Shown piece after piece: positions 1 to 10,189 of a stretch of DNA of 61,711 nt; position 1 is the stretch's first letter, and the number at the start of each line of letters is the position of its first letter. The notes under the pieces were generated by a model. The model was not told where the DNA came from, searched no databases, and saw only the letters and a list, made by a program, of their open reading frames with translations. Where the stretch lies: IMG/VR virus record IMGVR_UViG_3300042549_004976; one strand, written 5' to 3'. Made by a program: the position numbers and the translations under genes. The DNA comes from an uncultured virus (IMG/VR IMGVR_UViG_3300042549_004976) (taxonomy: Duplodnaviria > Heunggongvirae > Uroviricota > Caudoviricetes).

Positions 1-390
1 ATGAGATGGAATGGATCATACTTTGTAAGCAGTTGTTTAAATTCTCCATATGATGGAGTAGTGGTTACCTATGATGAAAGCACTCCAAAAAATAGTTACG
101 CCAAATTGAATTCTCGTGGAGATGTGATTCGAATCGAAGAAAAAAATGTCATAAGCAATGTGTCTTTGAATGGTATACATTTTTGGAAACACGGTTCGGA
201 TTTTGTTAGTTCTGCGGATTCCATGATAGAAAGTAATGAGCGGTATAACAATGAATTTTATGTTGGACCAACATATAACCACATGATCAAGACGGGAAAG
301 CGAGTTGGCATTTTTCACATACCACGCGAATGTCATAATCCAGTCGGTGTTCCGAGTGATCTTGGAGACTTCTTGGAAAAAAATAAATGA
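1..390 (+). CDS. Sugar-phosphate nucleotidyltransferase-like protein, C-terminal part (probably truncated at window edge)
   Basis: SYAKL..VIRIEEKNVISN..GIHFWKHGSDF..NNEFYVGPTYN..GVPSDL, typical of NTP-transferase-like proteins of capsule/LPS loci. Confidence 0.7.
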   Translation: MRWNGSYFVSSCLNSPYDGVVVTYDESTPKNSYAKLNSRGDVIRIEEKNVISNVSLNGIHFWKHGSDFVSSADSMIESNERYNNEFYVGPTYNHMIKTGKRVGIFHIPRECHNPVGVPSDLGDFLEKNK

Positions 391-716
391 AGAAATATAA
401 ACTTAAAGATATGCATAGAGGATGGTTAATTGGTGATTTTGAACCGTCTGTGCTAAGGACGCAAGATTTTGAGGTGGGTGTTCTCACTCACAAAAAAGGC
501 GAACATTGGGATGAACACTATCACAAGATAGCAACCGAAATCAATGTGTTGGTTGAAGGAAGTATGACGATAAACGGCATACATATAGAGGTTGGAGACA
601 TCTTTATCATTGAGCCAAACGAATCCTCTGCTCCAATTTTTCTAGAGGATTGTAGAGTGCTGTGCGTGAAAACCCCTTCTGTGATTGGAGATAAATATGC
701 AACTATTCGTGAATGA
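387..716 (+). CDS. Cupin-domain protein
   Basis: HYHKIATE..EG motif; 109-aa beta-barrel pattern. Confidence 0.75.
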   Translation: MKKYKLKDMHRGWLIGDFEPSVLRTQDFEVGVLTHKKGEHWDEHYHKIATEINVLVEGSMTINGIHIEVGDIFIIEPNESSAPIFLEDCRVLCVKTPSVIGDKYATIRE

Positions 717-1890
717 GTCTGCACTTGACAGCGAAAAGTATTTCGTAGTCACCTACAAGTTGGAGTCCGACAAGAACCTACGCGATGCCGCTTGGAACAT
801 TGCCATCGGTCAGAGTGTTGGTAATCCAAATGTGCGGAACCGTTGGGAGACAGAGGATTTGTTTAAGAATCACTCTTGTCTAATACTCGCTGACGAGATT
901 GAACTACAGAACAAGACATCAGGAGAAGTCAAGATTGCGTTCCCCGTGATCAACACTGATTGGGAAACAGATGGAATCAGCCATCTGCTGTGTCAGATCA
1001 TGGGTGGTCATGTTGATATTGACTTGGTGAAGAAGTGCCGCGTAGTCAAGTTGGATCTTCCACAAAGTGTTACCAAGCACTTCGCAGGACCAAAGTTTGG
1101 CATCAGTGGTATGAGGAAGTTCACGGGTCAGTACGAAAAGCCACTGCTTGGCGCGATCATCAAGCCCAAGATCGGTATCACTCCAGAAACCCTGTTGGAC
1201 ATGGTTAAAGAACTCGTTGATGGCGGAGTTGACTTCATCAAGGAAGACGAGATCATGTCAAATCCGTCTTTCTGTCCACTAGACAAGCGTGTGCACATGA
1301 TTTCAAATTATCTGCGCTCACAATCTCGTAATGTAGTATTTTGTCATACCATCAACTGTGATCCGCACATTCTTGCGGGTCGTGTTTGCAGAATCCACTC
1401 CCTTGGCGGAAACGGTGTACACATCAATGTGTGGAGCGGATATGGTGCTTACAACAGCATTCGAAAACTAGATCTTCCAATCTACCTGCATTTCCAAAGC
1501 AGCGGTGCAAAGGTTGCGACAAGCGTAAACAATCAGTTCAGTATTAGTTGGTCTGTGATTTGTCAGTTGGCTACTCTCATGGGTGTAGACACCATTCAGA
1601 CAGGAATGGTGGGAGGTTACAGCAATGACGATCCTCAAGAAATACTTGAGTGCATCAAGGTGCTACGAGAAGGAAACACAGTTCCTGCACTCAGTTGTGG
1701 CTTGCATCCAGGATTGGTTGACAAGATTACATCTCTTGTCGGAAATGACTATCTTGGGAATGCGGGTGGAGCCATTCACGGTCATCCAAACGGAACATTG
1801 TCTGGTGCGAAAGCGATGCGACAATCCGTTGATAAGACATACGGAACAGAATATACACACGCAATTGAAAAGTGGGGAAAGATACTATGA
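697..1890 (+). CDS. RuBisCO-like protein (form IV/RLP)
   Basis: IIKPKIG, GGVDFIKEDE, SCGLHPG, GGAIHGHPNG motifs; GGAG RBS before ATG 697. Confidence 0.85.
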   Translation: MQLFVNESALDSEKYFVVTYKLESDKNLRDAAWNIAIGQSVGNPNVRNRWETEDLFKNHSCLILADEIELQNKTSGEVKIAFPVINTDWETDGISHLLCQIMGGHVDIDLVKKCRVVKLDLPQSVTKHFAGPKFGISGMRKFTGQYEKPLLGAIIKPKIGITPETLLDMVKELVDGGVDFIKEDEIMSNPSFCPLDKRVHMISNYLRSQSRNVVFCHTINCDPHILAGRVCRIHSLGGNGVHINVWSGYGAYNSIRKLDLPIYLHFQSSGAKVATSVNNQFSISWSVICQLATLMGVDTIQTGMVGGYSNDDPQEILECIKVLREGNTVPALSCGLHPGLVDKITSLVGNDYLGNAGGAIHGHPNGTLSGAKAMRQSVDKTYGTEYTHAIEKWGKIL

Positions 1891-2507
1891 AGTGGAAAGA
1901 AGATTTGACTCACGACATTAGATTTGGTTCGGTTGTAGACGATATTGACCACCCAATTCCTGAATTGGGATTGAAACCAGCAAGCCCTCCTGCTGAATTC
2001 ACAGATGATAATCATGCGGCTATTCAAAAGGCTATAGATCGGTGCAAGAATAAGCCAAAGACATTCCTAGAAATAGGTGTCTGTAGAAACGGTCATCATT
2101 CATCGACACACACCATATTTAAGAATCTTCCGAGTGATGGAGTTTATCTTGGAGTTGATCTTGATGATAAAACCTTCCTAGACAACAAAGAAAATGGAAT
2201 TCATACTATAAAAACATCTTCTTCCAACTACGAAGAAGTAGTATCTAAATTGAAATCTCTTGGTGTGGATAAGTTGGATTTTATATTTATAGACGGATGG
2301 CACAGTATCAATCAGGTTTTATCTGATTGGGAATACACCAATCTTCTTTCTGATGGCGGTGTTGTTGCTTTACACGATACTACTGCTCATCCTGGTCCTT
2401 TCTTCTTTATGAAATTTTTGAATAGATCCACATGGGAAGTGCACCCTAATCTGTGTCCAAACGATCACGGTTTGGGGTATTGCTTGAAGAATCAGGATAC
2501 AAAATGA
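1887..2507 (+). CDS. Class I SAM-dependent methyltransferase (Methyltransf_24-like)
   Basis: FLEIGV, DFIFIDGWH, GGVVALHD motifs. Confidence 0.8.
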   Translation: MKWKEDLTHDIRFGSVVDDIDHPIPELGLKPASPPAEFTDDNHAAIQKAIDRCKNKPKTFLEIGVCRNGHHSSTHTIFKNLPSDGVYLGVDLDDKTFLDNKENGIHTIKTSSSNYEEVVSKLKSLGVDKLDFIFIDGWHSINQVLSDWEYTNLLSDGGVVALHDTTAHPGPFFFMKFLNRSTWEVHPNLCPNDHGLGYCLKNQDTK

Positions 2508-3502
2508 TAAAGGTTCTATTTGTTACTGCGGTTGGAAATGCCAAATCATATGACTACTTAACAGATGGTATTCTTCACGGACTGAAGACTCGAAAAGATA
2601 AGTTTGATGTATATGAGTGCTTTGGTATGAAGCATCTGTATAAAAATTATCCAACTGATGATAGTCCTGCTTTGTTCGGTAGAAGAAATCTGAATGGTGG
2701 ACCAAACGAACTAGGTTTGGGTCTGTGCATCAAGATGGTTGCTGACAAATTTTTTGATGTGATTGTTTTTGATTGGAGAACATCGAGCAATTTTTGGAAC
2801 AATCATGGGCATTGTCCGTATTGGAAAGAAACAGTTGCAATACAAAATGTTGCATTCTCTGCATATCCAAAAGAGAAGATTGTATTCTTGGATAGTAGCG
2901 ATGACAATGTTGGGAAGTATGAGATGTTTACTCAACCGTTTGTTGGTAAATCAACATACTTCAAACGAGAATTGTATATTGATGATCCATACTTTCATCC
3001 CATAGACATACCTTTTGCTGCGGAAAAGGGAAGCCCTTTGATTTTGTCTAATTCTAAAGACAAGTATCTATCCCATGTAATACCAGAAAAAAAAGATACC
3101 TATATTTTTAAAGATGAATCTTCTTATTATGGAGATTACGCAAAGTCTTATTTCGGGGCAACATGGAAAAAGATTGGTTGGGGATGCTATCGCCATTCCG
3201 AGATCGTGTTTGCTTCATGTGTTCCTTTGTTTCCAGATATTACTCACTGCCCTATGCGAACACTGACTTTTTTTCCAAAAAGCCTTTTTCAAGAGGTTCT
3301 TAATCGCGGTGTGTTGCGTAATACCGCCACAAAGGTACAGAAGTATTCGGATATGTACACTTATGAAAACATTGAAATTAACGAATCTGCTATTGACAAG
3401 TCCTGGTATGATGATATTCTTTACCAAGTATATGATCACGCTCACAAAAATCTCACCACTACAGCAATGGCAGATTATGTTCTGTCTAAACTAGACATAT
3501 GA
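2504..3502 (+). CDS. Putative glycosyltransferase
   Basis: YFKRE, YYGDYAKSYFG..KKIGWGCYRHSEI pattern; glycan-cluster context. Confidence 0.5.
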   Translation: MIKVLFVTAVGNAKSYDYLTDGILHGLKTRKDKFDVYECFGMKHLYKNYPTDDSPALFGRRNLNGGPNELGLGLCIKMVADKFFDVIVFDWRTSSNFWNNHGHCPYWKETVAIQNVAFSAYPKEKIVFLDSSDDNVGKYEMFTQPFVGKSTYFKRELYIDDPYFHPIDIPFAAEKGSPLILSNSKDKYLSHVIPEKKDTYIFKDESSYYGDYAKSYFGATWKKIGWGCYRHSEIVFASCVPLFPDITHCPMRTLTFFPKSLFQEVLNRGVLRNTATKVQKYSDMYTYENIEINESAIDKSWYDDILYQVYDHAHKNLTTTAMADYVLSKLDI

Positions 3503-4320
3503 AACAATCAATTGTATTTCGCGGTAGTATATGCAATGACCGATACAAGACTAATTTTTTGAAAGACTCTGTTTCGGAACTGCGTAAATGGTTTTTTGGT
3601 GAAATCATAATTTCTACATGGCATGGTCAAGAAGAAAATGCCAATTGTATCAGTGGTGTTGATAAGATTGTTTACACTCAAGACCCCGAATCGGGATTGG
3701 TTGCACATAATCGGAGGCAGCATATTTCGTTCAGAGAAGGAGTAAAGGCTAGTTCTGGCGATGTTGTTTTTGTGACACGAACAGATTGTCTTCTGACGAA
3801 GGATCCATTTTATTTAATGGACTGCAATCAAGATCATGATACTCGTTTTCGTTTTGTTAGCAGAAGAATGGTTGCTGGAAACATGATGACATTTTCCCCA
3901 AACCAAGGTTCTTCTTCTAGTGAAAAGTGGGACGGCTATTTTAGACTGGGAGATTGGTTTCATATGGGAATGCGTAAAGACATTCTTTTGTGGGGAGATG
4001 TTTTAGAATTTTCAGAACAGTTAAATGCAGATGTGAATGGAATACAGACACCGAATCGTTCGGTTGAACAGTTGTGGCTGATGTCTGCCATAAATAAATA
4101 CAGCAAAGACAAGATAGATTTGCAGAAATATCAGTTTATGGATGTATATGATGCATGGGCTGGAATTCTAAATAATTTTAGAGTAGTCAATACCCGATCC
4201 ACTGCGGGAGTACACAACTTAAACTGGAATCATAAGTCCGAGTTTCATCCTCTGTATGTGACAGAGGATGAATACAATACTGCTTTTTTAAATCGTTATG
4301 GAACTATCATAAAAGGATAA
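3499..4320 (+). CDS. WavE-like LPS/glycan synthesis protein
   Basis: SIVFRG..EIIISTW..DP..NRRQ..RTD..DWFHMG..EQLW pattern. Confidence 0.6.
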   Translation: MKQSIVFRGSICNDRYKTNFLKDSVSELRKWFFGEIIISTWHGQEENANCISGVDKIVYTQDPESGLVAHNRRQHISFREGVKASSGDVVFVTRTDCLLTKDPFYLMDCNQDHDTRFRFVSRRMVAGNMMTFSPNQGSSSSEKWDGYFRLGDWFHMGMRKDILLWGDVLEFSEQLNADVNGIQTPNRSVEQLWLMSAINKYSKDKIDLQKYQFMDVYDAWAGILNNFRVVNTRSTAGVHNLNWNHKSEFHPLYVTEDEYNTAFLNRYGTIIKG

Positions 4321-4322
4321 TC

Positions 4323-5243
4323 GTGGAAACCAAAGACTTCCTGTTTTTCAACTATTCGTGGGTGGTTAACTCTACTTTCTACTTTGAGTCCTTTGCCAAG
4401 AAAGGACACAGCATAGACATTGTTACAGAAAAAGATCTCCATTCTTTTGTTCCGCAGAACAAGTACAAAAATGTTGTGCTATATCTCCATGAACCGTGGA
4501 GTCTTCCTATAACTGATCACCTAATAAACACATACTTCAACGATGCTGTTTTGATTCAGCATGATGATACGGATTTTGAAGATGTTCAATATTGGAGCAC
4601 TCGCGTTCCTGATCTGGTGATGCAGAGGGAATATACAGACAATACTAAAAATCCTCGTGGTTCTGCTATGGGTGCTTTCCATTTCCCCATTCATTCGTGG
4701 TACAATCCGTCCATAACAGAAAAACCGTATGATCTGTGCTTCCTGGCAAACATGACGCATCCTAGACGAGTCATGTTTGCCAGGAAGATGATGGAGTTGA
4801 TGAACGGTAGACTAAATCATTTGGTTTGGAAAGTAAACATAGAACCTCATGTGAATACATCTTCTCAGTTCTACAATAAGAATGCCTTCAGTGAGCAGAA
4901 GGAAGACACAAAGATAATTGTTAACAAGACCAAGATTGGACTGAACGATTTTGGAAATTCTTATGAACAGTGGAGAACATGGGAATACGCAAGTGCTGGT
5001 ACGGCAATACTTATGCCAAAGATGAAAACCAAGTGTGTATCAGAAGGCTTTATGCCTTTCAACGAATACACTGTATTTCGTGATGATTACTCTGATTTGG
5101 AGGAGAAGATACTTTTCCTGCTAGAAAACAATCGGTATATGGAATACGGCACGATGGCTAAAGAAGCCTATGATAAAAGACACAATCCCGAAAAGTGTTT
5201 TGAGTTTTATTACGAGCAAATTATGAGGTATGCCAAACAATGA
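4323..5243 (+). CDS. Putative GT-B glycosyltransferase (CgeB/Glyco_trans_1_2-like)
   Basis: C-terminal KIGLN..RTWEYASAG..DLEEKILFLL. Confidence 0.6.
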   Translation: METKDFLFFNYSWVVNSTFYFESFAKKGHSIDIVTEKDLHSFVPQNKYKNVVLYLHEPWSLPITDHLINTYFNDAVLIQHDDTDFEDVQYWSTRVPDLVMQREYTDNTKNPRGSAMGAFHFPIHSWYNPSITEKPYDLCFLANMTHPRRVMFARKMMELMNGRLNHLVWKVNIEPHVNTSSQFYNKNAFSEQKEDTKIIVNKTKIGLNDFGNSYEQWRTWEYASAGTAILMPKMKTKCVSEGFMPFNEYTVFRDDYSDLEEKILFLLENNRYMEYGTMAKEAYDKRHNPEKCFEFYYEQIMRYAKQ

Positions 5244-5680
5244 ATATCATTTCTCATCGTGGAAATCTATATGGACGAGATCCTTCACAGGAAAACTCTA
5301 CACAGTATATTCAAAAAGCACTTGAACACGGATTTGATGTTGAGATAGATGTTTGGTATAACACCGATCTAAAGCAGTTTTATCTTGGACATGATATGCC
5401 AACATATTCCGTGACAACTTCTTTTTTAAAAATTGATAGGTTGTGGTGTCATGCTAAAGATGAAGAATGTTTTTCTAAACTTCTTGATCTTGGGGTGAAT
5501 TGTTTTTGGCATGAAAATGATAGATTTACACTTACATCACACGGCATTGTTTGGTGCTATCCCAACAATTGGTGTGAGCGAGGAGTAACCGTGGTTTTTG
5601 ATCCACCTTCATCTGAAATACTTTCAAAAAACATTTTTGGTATATGTGTTGATGATCCTGTGAATTGGAGAAAAATCTAG
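5240..5680 (+). CDS. Glycerophosphodiester phosphodiesterase-like protein
   Basis: ISHRGN..EN..GFDVEIDVW..LGHD..LWCHAK. Confidence 0.75.
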   Translation: MNIISHRGNLYGRDPSQENSTQYIQKALEHGFDVEIDVWYNTDLKQFYLGHDMPTYSVTTSFLKIDRLWCHAKDEECFSKLLDLGVNCFWHENDRFTLTSHGIVWCYPNNWCERGVTVVFDPPSSEILSKNIFGICVDDPVNWRKI

Positions 5681-6294
5681 TGAAACCATTTATAGTATCA
5701 TCTCATTACAATGAGGATTTGTCTTGGATTGTGCATCAAACAGAGTACAATTATAAGATATACACAAAGAATCACAATCCATCAGATTTCATTCCGAAAG
5801 ACAAGATTGTTTACATTCCCAATAAAGGGAACGAAGCGTCTTCTTATTTGTGGTATATCATAAACAACTACGATTGTCTTCATGAGAGCGTTGCTTTTGT
5901 TCATGGTCACTATACGGCATGGCATCAGAATATGGACATTCTGACCGCTATAAGAAAATACGATGGCTCGGATTACATGACTCTGAATGATCTTTCGCGG
6001 AGAAATGTGTTTCACGATAATTGTGGGATAGAAGGAAACGCTATAGGAAATTGGAATTGGGCTAGGCAAGGCATGATTGAGATTGGTATGGAAGTTCCTA
6101 TTCCAACAAGACTCGAATTTACTCAGTGTGCTCAGTTTGTTGTTACAGCCAGCAGGATACGGTGCAATAGTTTGAATTTCTATAAGCGTTGTATGGATTG
6201 GTTGATGAGGACTCCATTTCCTGACGCTATCTCTGGTAGAGTTTTTGAGCATATCTGGCATTACATAATGACACACAAGGAAATTGAAAAATGA
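5680..6294 (+). CDS. DUF3431-like protein (glycosyltransferase-like)
   Basis: SHYNEDLSW, NKGNEASSYLWYIINNYD, FVHGH, CAQFVV, FEHIWH; GTG start inferred. Confidence 0.65.
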   Translation: MKPFIVSSHYNEDLSWIVHQTEYNYKIYTKNHNPSDFIPKDKIVYIPNKGNEASSYLWYIINNYDCLHESVAFVHGHYTAWHQNMDILTAIRKYDGSDYMTLNDLSRRNVFHDNCGIEGNAIGNWNWARQGMIEIGMEVPIPTRLEFTQCAQFVVTASRIRCNSLNFYKRCMDWLMRTPFPDAISGRVFEHIWHYIMTHKEIEK

Positions 6295-7385
6295 TGTATG
6301 ACTATATGATCGTTGGTTCTGGTCTATTTGGGGCAATATTTGCCAGACAGATGACTGATGCGGGTGCACGGTGTCTTGTTGTAGACAAACGCAAGCATAT
6401 TGGTGGAAACTGCTATACCCGTAACGAAGGTGGAATTCATGTTCACGAATACGGTCCACATATATTTCATACGAGCAGTGACCGCGTATGGGAATACATG
6501 AATCGGTGGACTCGGTTCAATCATTTTGTGTATCGCCCCCGTGTCATTCATGGAGACAACCTATACTCGTTCCCCATCAACCTGTTTACACTATATCAGT
6601 TGTGGGGGGTAAAGACACCTCAAGAAGCACAAAACAAATTGGCTCAAGTGCGGCTCACCATTCCATCCCCGTCAAACCTAGAAGAATGGGTACTGTCCCA
6701 AGTGGGAGAAGAAATTTACGAGAAGTTCGTGAAGGGCTACACCATGAAGCAGTGGAACCGCGATCCCAAGGATCTTCCTGCGTCCATCATCAAGCGACTT
6801 CCCATTCGGCTCACTTATGATGACAATTACTTTGATGACAAGTATCAAGGTATACCTGTCGATGGATACACGCCCATCTTTGAAAAACTATTGAGTGATA
6901 TTCCCGTTGAAACAAGTGTAGACTATCTTAAAGATCGTGAGCGTCTTGAGAATATGGCAAAAAAGATTGTATACACGGGAGCCATAGACGAATTCTTTGG
7001 CTGCGATCTAGGCAATCTTGAGTGGAGAAGTCTGAGGTTTGAACATCAGACACTTCAGATTCCTGACTATCAGGGAGTAGCAGCAATAAACTACACCGAT
7101 GCCACGATCCCATATACTCGCGTGGTGGAACACAAGCATTTCATATTTGGAAAACAGGATCATACTGTCATCACCCACGAGTACCCACAGAATTGGGATA
7201 ACACAAAGGAAAAGTTTTATCCAGTGACTGACGATAGAAATAATGAACTGTATATTCAGTATAAGAATAGGATTGACACCGAGAGATACATATTCGGTGG
7301 TCGTTTGGCGGATTACAAATATTACGATATGCACCAAGTTGTAGGGTCTGCCCTAACACGCAGTGAAAAGGAAATTGAAAGATGA
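6291..7385 (+). CDS. glf: UDP-galactopyranose mutase
   Basis: GSGLFG FAD motif, HIGGN, HEYGPHIFHT, GRLADYKYYDMHQ. Confidence 0.95.
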   Translation: MMYDYMIVGSGLFGAIFARQMTDAGARCLVVDKRKHIGGNCYTRNEGGIHVHEYGPHIFHTSSDRVWEYMNRWTRFNHFVYRPRVIHGDNLYSFPINLFTLYQLWGVKTPQEAQNKLAQVRLTIPSPSNLEEWVLSQVGEEIYEKFVKGYTMKQWNRDPKDLPASIIKRLPIRLTYDDNYFDDKYQGIPVDGYTPIFEKLLSDIPVETSVDYLKDRERLENMAKKIVYTGAIDEFFGCDLGNLEWRSLRFEHQTLQIPDYQGVAAINYTDATIPYTRVVEHKHFIFGKQDHTVITHEYPQNWDNTKEKFYPVTDDRNNELYIQYKNRIDTERYIFGGRLADYKYYDMHQVVGSALTRSEKEIER

Positions 7386-8323
7386 AAGCATTAGTAACAG
7401 GTGGAGCGGGTTTTATTGGATCGAATTTGGTTGATCGGCTAATTTTGGAAGGTCACGAAGTCACAGTGATAGACAACGAATCATCTGATGCCCATGATCA
7501 CTTCTATTGGAATTCAGCAGCAAAAAACTACAAGTACGATATCAATGATTACACGATGGTTCGTGAATTGTATGAAGGAATAGACATGGTGTTCCATTTT
7601 GCTGCTGAGGCTCGTATTCAGCCGTGCATTGTTGATCCACTAAAGGCTGTGAAATCCAATATGCTTGGTACTGCTAGTGTGTTGCAGTGCGCTCGTGTAT
7701 GCGGTGTAAAGCGTGTCATCTATTCATCCACATCATCCGCTTATGGACTGAAGAATACTCCTCCTCTTGTTGAGACAATGCCAAACGATTGCCTTAACCC
7801 ATACTCGGTGACCAAGACAGGTGGTGAGGAATTATGTAAAATGTTCTCCAAACTGTACGGCTTAGAGACAATCATATTTCGATACTTCAATGTGTACGGA
7901 GAGCGTCAGCCACTGCGTGGACAATATGCTCCAGTGATTGGCATCTTCTTGCGTCAACGGGCAGCAGGAGAATCCATGACCATTGTTGGTGACGGAGAAC
8001 AGAGGAGAGACTTCACCCATGTTAGCGATGTGGTTGAAGCCAATATCAAGGCTTCTCAGTTTATTGCTCCTCGTTATAATATTACCGACAATGGCTCGTG
8101 TCAGACTTATCGAGGATGGGAATGGGGTCAGATTTACAATATTGGAACAGGAACCAATCATTCAGTGAATGAGATTACTGCATTTATGGGTGGTCAAACT
8201 GTAAATATTCCTCCACGCGCAGGGGAATCCCGAATCACTCTTGCTAATGCAAATAAAGCAAAGGAACATCTTGGATGGATTCCCCAAGTTCGTCTTGAAG
8301 AGTGGATTGCCAAGCATAAATAA
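7382..8323 (+). CDS. NAD-dependent nucleotide-sugar epimerase/dehydratase
   Basis: TGGAGFIG, YSVTK (YxxxK), RYFNVYG, RDFTHV. Confidence 0.92.
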   Translation: MKALVTGGAGFIGSNLVDRLILEGHEVTVIDNESSDAHDHFYWNSAAKNYKYDINDYTMVRELYEGIDMVFHFAAEARIQPCIVDPLKAVKSNMLGTASVLQCARVCGVKRVIYSSTSSAYGLKNTPPLVETMPNDCLNPYSVTKTGGEELCKMFSKLYGLETIIFRYFNVYGERQPLRGQYAPVIGIFLRQRAAGESMTIVGDGEQRRDFTHVSDVVEANIKASQFIAPRYNITDNGSCQTYRGWEWGQIYNIGTGTNHSVNEITAFMGGQTVNIPPRAGESRITLANANKAKEHLGWIPQVRLEEWIAKHK

Positions 8324-8343
8324 CCGTACAAGGAGATCGTGAA

Positions 8344-9552
8344 ATGTCTACAGTATGCCTCTCAATGATCGTTAAGAATGAAACGCACATTATCCATGAA
8401 TGCCTCAATTCAATGTGGCAAAACATTGACTATTGGGTGATCGTGGACACAGGATCCACAGACGGAACCCAAGACCTTATCCGCACCTTCTTTGCAGAGA
8501 AGGGAATTCCTGGCGAACTCATTGAGAAGCCGTGGGTAGACTTTGGCTACAACCGTAGCGAAGCCCTTGCTCTCTGTGATGGCAAGGCAGACTACGCTTG
8601 GATGATTGATGCCGATGACAAGATCACAGGCAATTTTGTGTATCCCAACGGCAAGAATCTCGTGCACGATGCGTATGCTCTCAAGTGTGGACGAGACGGA
8701 TGCGTGTGGTGGCGTAATCAAATCTTTAAAACGGGTATTGGTTGGAAGTATGTCGGCGTTCTCCACGAGTACGCCCATTGCGAAAAGCAGCCACTAAATC
8801 AATTCCGTATTGAGGGTGATTATGCTCTTGAGGCGCGTACACTTGGTGCGCGTAATGTAAATATTACACAGGTAGAGAAGTACACAAAGGACGCAGAGAT
8901 GCTGCTCAAGGCTCTAGAAACAGAGCCAACGAATTCTCGCTACCAGTTCTACCTTGCTCAGTCGTACTTTGACTCACAGCAGTGGGACAACGCCATTGCA
9001 GCGTACTACAAGCGCGTAGAGATGGGTGGATGGGAAGAAGAGTGCTACTACTCCTTGTTCCGCATTGCCCTGTGTGAAATCTCAAAGAATTCTGATTGGT
9101 CAATTGTTCAGCAGAAATTCCTTGACTCGTATGACTACCGTCCGTGCCGCGCAGAACCGCTTCACGCCATTGCCAGATTCCTTCGCATGAACGGTCGTCC
9201 ACGCGCTGCGTACCTGTTTGCGAAGGAAGCCGCGCAGTTGCCGTACCCACAGCAGGACATTCTCTTCATTGATACAAATGTGTACAAGTGGATGGCATTG
9301 GATGAACTAGCCGCTACGGCATTCTTTACCCACGATTTCAAGATTGGCTACTCCGCTTGCGAAACCCTGCTAAAGCAGAGCCGCTTGCCAGAGAGTGAAA
9401 TTGAACGAGTTCAGAAGAACCACGCTGCGTACCTTGAGAAAGTCAAGGAAGTGGATGCACTGACACAGAAACTCGCCAAAGACACCAAGATGCCCCCGCT
9501 TGCTCCCGTGCTAAATACAAAGCAGCACACCTTTAAAAAGCGGAGAAAGTAA
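8344..9552 (+). CDS. GT2 glycosyltransferase with C-terminal TPR repeats
   Basis: CLSMIVKNE, DTGSTDGT, IDADD, VLHE, FYLAQSY TPR helices. Confidence 0.85.
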   Translation: MSTVCLSMIVKNETHIIHECLNSMWQNIDYWVIVDTGSTDGTQDLIRTFFAEKGIPGELIEKPWVDFGYNRSEALALCDGKADYAWMIDADDKITGNFVYPNGKNLVHDAYALKCGRDGCVWWRNQIFKTGIGWKYVGVLHEYAHCEKQPLNQFRIEGDYALEARTLGARNVNITQVEKYTKDAEMLLKALETEPTNSRYQFYLAQSYFDSQQWDNAIAAYYKRVEMGGWEEECYYSLFRIALCEISKNSDWSIVQQKFLDSYDYRPCRAEPLHAIARFLRMNGRPRAAYLFAKEAAQLPYPQQDILFIDTNVYKWMALDELAATAFFTHDFKIGYSACETLLKQSRLPESEIERVQKNHAAYLEKVKEVDALTQKLAKDTKMPPLAPVLNTKQHTFKKRRK

Positions 9553-9977
9553 TGGCATCAGGATACTACGATATTAACGCACAGCAGTACTCCACATTTA
9601 ATTTTCATGTGGAGTATTACGACGAGAACGGCAATCGCGTAGACTTAACCAATTACACCGCACGATTCCATGTGCGTCCGTTTGCCAATAGTTCGGTGAA
9701 GTACATGGAGATTAGTACTTCGGGTGTTACTAGTGGTGGTATCACAGGTGAGTACACAGGCACTGCTGGCATTAGCGGAGCGGGTCGAGTCTACATGAAC
9801 AAGGGCGAGACGGGTGCGGCTCTCACGGGAGGCATTCTTATTACTGCCGATGCCACCACAATGGGATACATTCGAACAGGCTCGTGGAAGTACTCTATTG
9901 ATCTTGTTCAAAGCGGTGTAACTACCGATGAATTGCTGTACGGTCAATTCATTGTTACTCCCAAAGCCACGAGATGA
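9552..9977 (+). CDS. Putative virion structural beta-sandwich protein
   Basis: QYSTF..VDLTNYTARFHVR..YSIDLV..GQFIVTP pattern; CTAAATA late promoter upstream. Confidence 0.5.
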   Translation: MASGYYDINAQQYSTFNFHVEYYDENGNRVDLTNYTARFHVRPFANSSVKYMEISTSGVTSGGITGEYTGTAGISGAGRVYMNKGETGAALTGGILITADATTMGYIRTGSWKYSIDLVQSGVTTDELLYGQFIVTPKATR

Positions 9978-10189
9978 GAATAAAGGTTTTTGAAACTGCC
10001 TACACAGTAAAGCCCAAACAAAAAAAGGGTAAACTTGTGGCTCCTGCGTATACGGTGGGGGTTAAACCAAAACCTGGTGGTGTGGTTTTGAATTTATCAA
10101 AATACGACCGCGTGGTAAAGACAGATCGTAGTCTTGGTGTGATTATTCAAAAAATCAAGAACACCAAAATTATCAAGCAGTGGGATTGA
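9974..10189 (+). CDS. Small basic hypothetical protein
   Basis: ATGA overlap with upstream gene; internal AYTV..KPK repeat. Confidence 0.45.
   Translation: MRIKVFETAYTVKPKQKKGKLVAPAYTVGVKPKPGGVVLNLSKYDRVVKTDRSLGVIIQKIKNTKIIKQWD

Noticed and set aside
697..1890. True CO2-fixing RuBisCO (rbcL)
   Set aside because: Loop-6 Lys and H294/R295 equivalents appear replaced; no small subunit or phosphoribulokinase nearby
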